The position numbers and the translations under genes were made by a program. Positions 13,274 through 24,308 of a DNA stretch of 64,000 nucleotides are shown here, in pieces. A model generated the notes under the pieces. It was not told the origin of the DNA. It saw only the letters and a list, made by a program, of their open reading frames with translations, and ran no database searches. The stretch covers positions 3,553,454 to 3,617,453 of the forward strand of contig NW_002060946.1 of assembly GCF_000150275.1 (NCBI RefSeq), in the 5' to 3' direction. This DNA comes from Trichoplax adhaerens. Taxonomy: Eukaryota > Animalia > Placozoa. Each line of letters starts with the position of its first letter. The first letter of the stretch is position 1.

Positions 13274-16200
13274 ATGTCTTGTATTCGTTTTCAAAATGTT
13301 TTCCGACGACTTCGGCTAGTTACTATTGGCATGTTACATGTACCGGCTTTACCAGGTGATTGAATAAAATACTACGTCTACTTCTCCAATTCATTCAGTT
13401 TTTCTACAGTGGTAATGCAAAAGCTGGAAATAGGGAATGTGTCGACGCACAGTTTGTAGGCGATCCATAAAGTACCATTCCTACTCTTTAAATGGATTCA
13501 CTTTTCCTACAGTTCTAATCGACAAGTTACCAGTAAGGAATAGGTCAGTACTAGTGTAGTCGATGAACATCATAGGATGCCATCACGCCAGATTTAGCTA
13601 AATACCCAATGTAGATTAGATCACCAACTTCCCTTACAAGTCTCTCACGACGGTATGCTGTCCCCTGAGTGAACAGCATTATTATTGTTCTTAGTACGAG
13701 ATCATCTGTGTACATTGTACTCAGATCATACAGTACATACTGTACAGTGTCCACATAGTACTGTACTGTACGTCTACTTTAATCCAGTTCAGGTATCCAT
13801 TGGAGCTGCATTGCACAACTGTTTATATAAGTTGATATTATCATTGTAGACTGTACTGTGTAGTAAGGAAACTACAACAAGTAATAGTGTAGCTGAATAG
13901 ACTAACCTTTTCATTGAAAGGATTGATATTACTATTAAATGCCTCTTCTTACAACTATAACCAACATATATCTTCTCCTATTCAACCAGGTACTCCAGCA
14001 AATCGTATGTCGATGCCTGATATTATTCAAAAGGTTTTACACGAAGCTGAAATATATTCAAAAGCTGGAATTGTACGTCTTAGTCATAACATAAAATCAA
14101 TCCTAATCTTGTATACGACATCAATGGACGACTCATACTACAGCAAATGCTTCTTACTTGGCCATACTACCATAGCTATTATGCGATACAGTTTGTAGAT
14201 GCAAAAATCCTTGAACAACAGTGTCATTATCATCACCATACTATTACCAACCAATATCGACCCAAATGATCAAATAGTCAGTGTGAACATGCTTTTCAAT
14301 TCTATATTATATCCTTTAAAATCGTCAGTCCAATACGTATGCAACACAGAAAAAGAATGGTATGCTTGTTACACAGTTTGCAATCAATAGCCCTTCATCG
14401 ATTACAAATTGCCATCAATATTACTCAATGTACTTCAATTACATCGTATTAGTCAATATCATAAATTGCACATACTGTATATATCACCAGCAAGAGTTAG
14501 ACAGATGTTCACTATATTTTCCATAAACTGTAAACTAGCTCTATAAAATAATAGCGCTACAACAGTCATTGATATCACCTTTCCACTATATGATATTATA
14601 GTTTTATAAATGTCTTCTTCATCAATTCTCTGACCTTCAGGATGCCCTGATGGTAGAAAATATGCACGATGTTCCATATATTAAGAAGAACTTAGGCCCT
14701 GAGATTGTTTCTGCAATGTCTATTTTGGGTTACGAAGTGAAGTCAAAAACAAAATTACCCTGTGGCCTACAAATACTCGCTGCTGCCAATAAAGAAGCTT
14801 TAGGTGCTTGTAAAGCTGCTGGCTTAGATTTTGTCCGCGTAGAAGGATATGTTTATTCTCACGTAGCAGATGAAGGCTTTATTGACAGTTGTGCCGGTGA
14901 AATTCTACGTTATCGAAAGAGCATCAATGCTGACGATATTTTAATATTTGCCGACATCAAAAAAAAACATAGGTTAGATAACAAAATAACCTTAAAAGAC
15001 AAATTCCTATAGCCATAGCGTACTCGTATCAAAGGTTGAAGCGCGTTATACCCTATCCTTAGCTATAAATTATCGAGCATGCACTGCTATAACTCTATCT
15101 AAAGCCTTCGGATGAGCGATATTGTACGATAATCTCAACGTTATCTACCTCAAGTGTACGCCATTTTATAAATAACACTAATAACTATACTGTTCCATTG
15201 ATACTTTTACCTCAATTTCGTAATATAAACTGAAGATTATAAATCGTAAATCTACCAATATGAAAGAAATGTACTCTACATTATGGAGATAGCAGCTACA
15301 TAAATAGCGACAACTTCGCCAGCTTTCCAATGATAAACGATGTTAAATTTCAGCATACTATATAATTCCTAGTATTGATAAGCTCATAGTCATTGCCAAT
15401 GGTTTTGTTTTACACTAAAATTATTTTATATTTACTTAAACTAGTTCTCATGCAATTACTGCGGATGTAGATACCATCGATTCAGCCAAGGCTGCTCAAT
15501 TTTGCCGAAGTGATGGTGTCATAATTACTGGCTCTAGTACAGGTATCTAAAATAACTCCACTTTAACGAACCATATTGAATTCTTGTATTGATATTCTCA
15601 TCCATATGACCATTTACACAACCTACGTAATGAAATCTGTATTTAATTAACCCATAAAATATCCCACAAACTAATTATGTTCTACTGAAAGATCTAGTTA
15701 TGACACTGCTCCGTAATGGATGCATACGAGTTTCGTAATGCACTAAAGTTGCACAATCATGTAGACAACTTGAACTTTTGTAACAAAGTTACAAATGATG
15801 AAATAGTGGAAATTAATATGCGTATTATTTATATTACAGTTTTATACCAGTAATGTAACTGCCACACATGATTTCGTTGGACTGTAGTCTATAGTCAATA
15901 GTTTGAGAACATTTAGCAACCGAAAAACCGTCCGAACCTTAAATTGTTCTAAAATGGAACTATCCTCAATTTCTGGCCACTTTTATTATTCACTGGTAGT
16001 TTATGCCTTCAAATATTGATAAAGCAGTCATAATAACGCTTAAGTACTTCCGAAACTTACAGTATTTATTGCGCTACATTAATACCTCTACTACTGTGTG
16101 AAATTTTCATATCAATCTTTCAGAGAGTGTAGGAAACTTAATAAGACTTGAGCAGTATTGGATATAGTCAATGTGCACACTTAAGACGCTCACCCCTACA

Positions 16201-16940
16201 AATAGTACAGTAGTTGCATACTATTCTTGTGTAGCAGCTTTTCATTAAACTAAAACAACAAACATCCTTACAATATCATGCGGCCCTGATAAATTTAATT
16301 ATTAGATGCAAACTAGCAGGTGAATTATTATTTTCGTTCCAAATCTGTATGGCTGCGTAATCCTCAACCTTAGCAATGAAATTGACGAAATAGTAAATGA
16401 TACTAACGATACATGATATAGTGACAATACATAGTGTTGGATGGATACTAAATAAAGGGACCTTTTACCCATTGCGTGACAATCAATTAATCAGATATAA
16501 TTCAGCACGTAAAGTGTAAAACACCGCAGCCGATAATGGTATATATTAATGTGAAAATTATTAAGTACAGTACAGTAATATAGTAATTACCATACATGTA
16601 AGTACTCCCCAATTTTCAATCGAAGTAACTTTCCTTAACTCCATTTATATCATAAAATATACCGTGAAGTACAATATTAGTTTCTATATTACATTTCTCA
16701 GGTGATCCTCCCCTAAAAAGTGAAGTTAATAATGTCATCGATGCTGTAGACATCCCCGTGTTGGTAGGTTCTGGTGTTACGTTGGAAAATATAGATAACT
16801 ACGCGCGTGCTAACGCATTAATTGTAGGATCATACTTTAAGAAGGATGGATATTGGTTTAATGATCTTGAAAAAGTTCGAATCGACAATTTCCTGCGATG
16901 TGTTCGAAGCATTAGAGAAAATAGTGATTATACACAATAG
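13274..16940 (+). CDS. BtpA/SgcQ-family TIM-barrel protein (C. elegans F13E9.13-like)
   Basis: Exons 13274-13355, 13990-14072, 14641-14972, 15445-15542, 16702-16940. Family motifs IGMLHVPALPGTP, DALMVENMHDVPY, GLQILAAAN, DFVRVEGYVYSHVADEG, IFADIKKKHSSHAIT, DGVIITGSSTG, PVLVGSGVT and LIVGSYFKKDGYW. Confidence 0.92.
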
Positions 16941-17377
16941 TAATAACTATTTAAAATAGCACGCTAAATGACTGGATAACAATAATTTATATAAATGATG
17001 AATTAGGATTTATTTCAATAATCATCAAACACCTTATATATTTTCGCATTAAAATTCCAATTTCATAAGAATTTTATATAATATGCAATTAAATAAAATG
17101 AGTCAATCGAATGGTCGACATACATTTAACAAAATACACTCTTCAAATGTGGGGCACAATCATATGTTTAATTGTATCTAAAGTACATTCGGTATATATG
17201 CGGATCGTGCAAGCTTTTGTTCAATTAAATTAAATAGGATAGTAGAAATAATCGAGATAAATCGTATCAGGAACCAGACCATCACATAAACATAAGCAGA
17301 CGGAAGTTATCAATTGAGACAAAACATAATTACACAATAACAAAACAGAACCTTTCAATATATATATATATATATAT

Positions 17378-17403
17378 ATATATGTATCATATCAGGAAAG
17401 TAC
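17378..17403. repeat. (TA)n microsatellite
   Basis: About 12 TA units; shorter runs at ~361-377 and ~26514-26535. Confidence 0.9.
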
Positions 17404-18164
17404 AGTACAGTATTTCACAGTAACATCATATAAACCCATTAAATACTTTAAATGCGATACAATAACAGTATACACATATCTATACTGTACAAATATAATT
17501 TATGTTTCAGTGATTGAACAAACGGTAGCTTCGCTTCTTTATTATAATCTAAGGAACTATGATCAATCAATGATGCATTAAATTTTTTACATTTTTTTCA
17601 ACCATCATATATTATAAGATATATAGTGGGTACTACAACGGCATAACATTTTCTTTAAATAAATATGCATGTTGAATTTTTGATCGATATTAATTCTACA
17701 TAAGAGGCAATTCTTTTTCATGTAAGAATTTACAGTGCTTGCAACTACAGTAACCTTGGGTCTCATGTCGGCTATGAGACATAAAAGTTTACTGTAACAA
17801 GTAAAACCAAGTCTTATTTTAATACCCAAATGCACTAAGTGGACATAAATCCATAATAACAATAAATACGTACATTGTCAACTTTACGAGATTTTTTTTA
17901 TAATTTCGATGATAAAATTATAACATGTTACTTATTTTTAGCGGTACTCTTATATCTTCCAATAAGTGTGCACAATTACCCAATTATTGTATCGTCACCA
18001 AACAAATCGCATAATCTTTAATCTGTATAGTTTAAGGTTAACATAGCAATCGAAAGGAAAGGAAATGGGATATATTCACTTGACTACATGCCATATTAAA
18101 ATAACAATAAAAATGGCTCATAAACAAGCAAAGAAAACATTGATATTACACGCTAATGTCTACC

Positions 18165-19653
18165 CTAGCGTCTATAAGAGAAGTTGGTAAAGCAATGACG
18201 CCTTGACCACGAGTTGCTATATGATCGTGAATTAGCTTTACTAAATGTTAGTGATCTCTTCACATTTAGGTCCCGTGCTTTTCGTATATAGTTGAATCGG
18301 TCAGATTTTTTATTTAATTCACGATCCATGTAAAGTTCTATAGATCGGGATCTTGATTGTTCGTGGGTATCTTCATGGGTGTTATTATCACCCGAATTGG
18401 CCAAGCTAGCTGCGAAATCGTGATCTAAATTATTCCTGATACTGGCAGAGCTATCAATTCGTCGATAGATTGACATGCTTGGATGCTCTATGAGCAAGTC
18501 TTCAAATGGACTGACGGAAAGCTCTTCCATTACATGACCATCAAAGCAAGGCGGAGGTGTTAAAAGCCAACCACTCTCTTTTTCCTTGCGATTTTTAACC
18601 AGTTGATCTTCATTGCTGACCTCTTCTAAGTCTATAACAGAAATACGAAATGAACGTTCGTTGTGAGATAGTATCCGCATCTATACTTTAGTTGATGCAC
18701 ATATTTTTGATCGACGTTTATTTCCATTTTTGCAACAGTCTACTAATGCATTATCTATTCTGAAATAAAATTGACGTGGCAAGCCAAATACACTATACCG
18801 GCTCGGCACTGATTCTAATTTGCATAGACTATGTAGCCATATATTGAATTCTGTTGAGTCAGCTGAATGCATTGATTAATTTAAAAATTATTCTTAGCAA
18901 CTACCGGTTCCAATTATTGGTCAATCAGAAAGTCACTATTATCAATTTTTAATATTTCAATCGATATAAGACGAATGACTTCCACTATTACAGTCGTTGT
19001 TATAATTAATTAATTAATTAATTATAATTAATAGAATTATTTTACTTCTGTACTTCTATTACAGCGAAGTTCTTACACGATTCGATACTACAATATACAT
19101 ATCGTCTATCCACTTTGCTGCCTTGAAAGGAATAAACATTAAATGTACAGAATGTGACCTTGAGACCGTTGAGATTACTGTATTGATCTTCGGTCTTGGT
19201 AGTCCATAGTCCTTATGTTGTGCACTGTGTAGTTTGTTTGTATTTAGTGTAAAGTTCCTTTAATAATTGTGTACTCAGTTTACTACTGTGCTGTATCGTA
19301 TAAACAATTTTATACTATACTGTACTGTACTGTACAGTGTACAGTATGCTGGCCCAGTCATCTATAGTATTGTAATACAGTACACTACAGTACTGTACGT
19401 ACTACTGTACTGAACTGTAGTCTATACTGTACCGTATTAGCGGCGGCACTGTAATAACAGACTCTTTATTGATTGTGCGCCGTGAAAGAAAACAATGCAT
19501 TAACGTAAAATACGTCTTCCTACCTTTGTTCTCCTTTTTCACAACAAGGATCCAATCATCTTCTTCTGTAAGGCTGACATTTACCCGATGATTGGAAGCA
19601 TCTTCTGTGCTACTTTGATCCCACAGGTATGATGACAGACTTTGCCACAACAT
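18165..19653 (-). CDS. TP53INP: TP53INP/DOR family autophagy adaptor and nuclear cofactor
   Basis: Exon 19653-19524 (MLWQSLSSYLW...EEDDWILV, LIR-like) splices in phase 1 to exon 18631-18165. The second exon contains GWLLTPPPCF and SPFEDLLIEHPSMSIY, the two conserved TP53INP/DOR boxes, followed by a basic C-terminus. Confidence 0.88.
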
Positions 19654-20754
19654 TTTAATGTGTATGATTGCTCCTAACGATAACATTGAACATTTTATCA
19701 TTAACTTTATGTACGGTACTGCTTAATGATATTGAATTGAATTTACAATGTATATTATTCATCGTAATAGTACTGTACAGTACTGTACACTATCGTCATC
19801 AACCACTATCCAAAAACAGTTTTCAGAAACTTCAAAGAACGGACAGTGCAGCGATAATGATCAGTAACGTTTAGATGATTTACGCTTGAGATTACATAAA
19901 ATAAATATTCAAAATTATGATGCCAATACAGGCTTAGATGCCATGGCAAAACAATTTCAGAAATATTCATTTCACTGAGCATACGCGGTATGAGGAAGAA
20001 AAAAAAGTAAAATAAAGACAAAATGTCGTAATATTACATCAGCCAGTCGAATTTGAAGTAATACGATGCTATATAGTAAGTTTGAGTTACTGTACTACTT
20101 AGTAAAAGCAAAAAGAGGTTGAAAATGCGTCGAAATAACATTTACAAGACAATACACTATCATTAACTACAAAGTAACTGTACATTAAACTATAGTAGTA
20201 CAGTACGATAACACCCAAACAGAGAAAAAAAAATTGAAAAAGATTTTAAAAATGAAGATTGCACAATAATCGACAGAATCAGTTCAATTCATTTTAGCAA
20301 CTTACTGTACTGTACTTTCAAAGTTTAGTTCCAGTAATTCTTAGCTTTTAAATCCGTTCAAACGTTATAGTTCAGAACTGTTACGACATAAGTTGTAAAT
20401 TGTATATTGTACTCCGGCGCAAAACTGCTTCAATCTGTTCAGTCGCGAATTGAATGACTTCAGTTTTTATTTATTTTTATTTTTATTGGAGATTATTTAT
20501 TATTACTGTATTAATTTTTTTTTAGACTACGTCAATGCTACAGTACTTACACTGTATTGCTGCACAGTGTACTGTATGGTACATATCATGCTGTTGGTTA
20601 TAAAGGTAAGACTCTCTTCTGTACGATAAAGTTAGGTATGAGCACTTACAGTACAGTACGTAGTTATCAGTGCGTACAGTACAGTAAAAAGTACTGTGGC
20701 CTGAATGAATGAAGTATGCACACTTACGTACAGTACTGTATGTACAGTACCAGG

Positions 20755-20895
20755 GAAATAGTCCTGTTTACGACGTTAGCAACGTCATAACGACGTAACG
20801 GCCGATGAGCGACGGCGCGGAAAACTACTGTACAGTATAAGGCTTTGTGTTTTGTATTTTGTTTTGTTTGACTGTTTGACGGTAAATCAATCCAA
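20755..20895 (-). promoter_or_regulatory. Probable TP53INP promoter with FOX and CRE/bZIP-like motifs
   Basis: TGTTTAC (20765), repeated ACGT cores (GACGTT, AACGTCA, GACGTAA) and TGTTT/TGTTTGAC runs (20848-20880), flanked by TACAGTA clusters. Confidence 0.4.
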
Positions 20896-23800
20896 ACTTC
20901 ATAACGATCATGGCGCAGCCGCAAAACATTATTGTACAATGTTGATTTTGGATTACTAATGGATTACTACTGTTAGATGCTTCCATTTAGTAGTCCTATG
21001 TGTGTAATTGATATACAGACATAGATTGTATTCGATTTTCTTTATTGGAGTGGGGATATAGAACACTAAATCATCACTATGCATTCAGTATTCTGTAATA
21101 ATGTGTAATCTGTCTGTATCATGGTCATTCATAGACTAGTCTGTACTGTAGTTCATGTCTGTAAAAAGAATGTCATTGGTTAATATTCGTTATGTACGGA
21201 TAAAAACAAGAAATTCGGGCATCGACCATTGAATTTTGCTTTGATGAAGCTATCGGTAAGGTTGATTTTGTCAACGCTAGGATTACACGATCAAAAGAGG
21301 AATTCAAGCATTGGCAAATTGATATGGGGCAAACCTAGGCTCTCCCCAATTCGGTCTTATCCTAGAACATTTGTATATAAATATACTGTACAGTGTACAG
21401 TATATTAATATTTGAACCCTACGAATTTACTACTCTTTATTTCTATACTAGTAGATGCTTCGCTTGTTATATTTCGTGCACTCTACTTGTGCTTGGTACT
21501 TTACTTTAAGGACATGCAATGTAAAGGGATGATTCGAATGAGATGATAGTCATTTCTGATATCTTTGTTACTGTTATCAACTGTACAGTCTACGTAGATT
21601 TTGGGTTAACGAAATGAATGAAATTGATGAGTGCGCTCGTATACTAAAAGTTTTTGTGGCTCGAACTAGACTTATCAGTTAAATTACACCTATACCTGTT
21701 CACGGTACACATGGAGGATTATTCCTAGATATACATCCTTAGTATTATACAATATACAGTATGTTATGAATACGTATATCTCCATCGAGCGCTGTTCACT
21801 TTTGAGAACCATTCACTACCTACAGTATACAGTACGCTGTACTGTCCGAGTGTGTTACTCGAAGCGGTACTATTTAGGATCGTGCTATGAACAGTTTTAT
21901 GAAAAAAATCCGCTATGAAGTCCCCACTGAAACTACACGAAGAATAACGAGCTTGGGATTGAATATTATAATTGCAACTGAGCGTCAAATACAGTATACG
22001 CTATAGACGTTATCTTCATGCTTATAACACGTGGCAACTTGCGGAACGTTTCTTGACTTTCCTTATGATCAAGTACCGTACGTTTTGAAAATGAATGAAA
22101 TTTAATTGAATTTATTGAACTGTAACCTAAGCAGTAAAACATCTACGTTCATACTTTTAATCGGTACAATAGTTCAACATTTGATTCGATTGGTGAAGGC
22201 TTTGTTGAGAGCTTCATTCAATTAGTTTATTGAATTGTAGGATTGGATTGCCTAGTTCGAATTAATTTCTTCTTACTCAAGGTTGCCTTATTGTCGGATG
22301 TTGTGGTTAGGGGTCAAAAGCAAACATTTTCACAAATACACAGTACGGTAAAGTAGTGTTGTGTATCCCCACTCCGATTAGTCTTCACTTAATCTAGGAC
22401 TGCTGGATATACCATCTAGTCGTCCATGAGTCTATTGATGGTGTATATGTTATATATCAATATACTATATGCCATAACATGAATTTGAACGGTGTAATTT
22501 GTGTCATACAGGATACTGTACATTGTATAGTAGATAGAGCCATTGCGAAAATTAAATTAAAATAGGACAGTATATTGTAGAGTAGAGTATTCCGTGGAAT
22601 TAAATCAAAAGAAAGAAAAATATGGTCACGGTACTGTATGATATCAGCGTGCTTTTGACGGGGTCGCTTTTTCTTTTATCTCGTATTGCTTTTGACCTTG
22701 TGCATTTCCCGTAAGTCATGACTCATGAGTCTGCTAACTGTGCACAGTAGAGTACAGTAGAGTGTGTACTAGCACTAGCCTCTGATTGCACTCATCCGCT
22801 TGCCAGTTGCCACTCTTGTCCTGAACTCACCAGTTGGTAAAGTCCAAGTCATTTATACAGTATTTTCAAGCCTGATTGGGACCTATTAAAAGTATCAATT
22901 GTACCGTACCGTATTTATTTTTTTTTGGGGAAAAGGTCGTCGTCTCATGATGACCTTATAAACAGGGACTTTTTCTTATGCAAAGTCGAGTGAGTGTAAA
23001 CGATAGTTTTTACTTTTTCCTCTCTCTCTCACTGCATGGCATTAGACTTTGTCCAGCAAGTGTGGGAATTCAGAAACAGTACTGAACAAGTATTTACTTC
23101 GAGATGCAGAAATCCTTCCAATTTAAAGGCTAGCAATGAAGCGATGACGTTATACGAGCGTACAGTAGCCCTGATCATGTTGCATAAATTACTTAAAATG
23201 ATCAGGGCTAGCGTACTGTATACTGTACTACATGTAAATGTACAACCTAGTACGGACAGACTAAGTAGTACTATGCACGATGAGCATGGTACTACGGAGT
23301 CGATCGGTACTAGGTACAGACTGTACTGTGTTTTTACAGTACAAATGTTGAAAACTTTGATTTTACAATGCAGTAGCAACAATCAGGAAAATAATAAAAT
23401 AAAATTAATTAATTAATATCTATGAATAGCATTGACGCTTGCTAAACCTTAACTGAGATACTGGGCAAATGGATTTCGCCTCTCCTTAATGAATTCTTTT
23501 CAAAGTGTGTCAAGTGGATTTTTCACTTGCTGTATCGTTCAATTGGAATGTTTGTGCGTGTGTCCGTCGTTCAAGCAACAACGGAATGGATAGCACCTTT
23601 TGGTGAATAATACTGGTGCATATCTATTTTCATCATGATGAATTATGAAATTTTAATTTTTTCTTTGAATTGATTTGGACAATGATTGAGTAAACGTCTT
23701 CAGCAGTGGATGTCCGGAGTTCTTTTGGAGAGGGCGTTAACGCTGATAGTGTGCTATAGTATTATGATCATTATACTCTAGTTGATTGTGTGGTGTATCG

Positions 23801-24308
23801 TCAGTGAATTGACATGATGTACAGTAATGGATGAGCACAGTGGTTAGTATGTGTTGGTCGCGATTATTACTCTTGGACTACATGCATACAGTAGTATAGT
23901 ACTGTATGTTAAGTGTGATATCACTGTACTGGCAATCTACAGTGAAAAACGCTTGTCCGGTGCTTGACCTACAGTACTGTACACTGTACACTACAAGTCT
24001 ACAGTGGGGATCAACTGGTGACTGGCTGTCGCTGAATCTCTGACTGACAGTGGATGTCATTGTCGAGTGCTGAGCGGCAGTCACTCCATCAATACAATAC
24101 AGTCAATTCAATCGACATTGTCTTTCTATTTATTTATTATGCGTAATTGTATTCAATGAATTGTTGAAGGAGAAAACGTCACGTAGCTTATTTTCATAGT
24201 AATCGTGCTAAAATCATGCTAAAATTGTTTTTCACCATTTTTCAGGGGTCACAATCTGCAGATATTGGGGTCAATCCAAATGCAAATACGCTTGCGTAAC
24301 TAGTACCA

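Noticed and set aside
23029-23416. Opposing 117-aa and 126-aa ORFs
   Set aside because: No recognisable motif, composition driven by TACTGTAC words, and no convincing splice partners.
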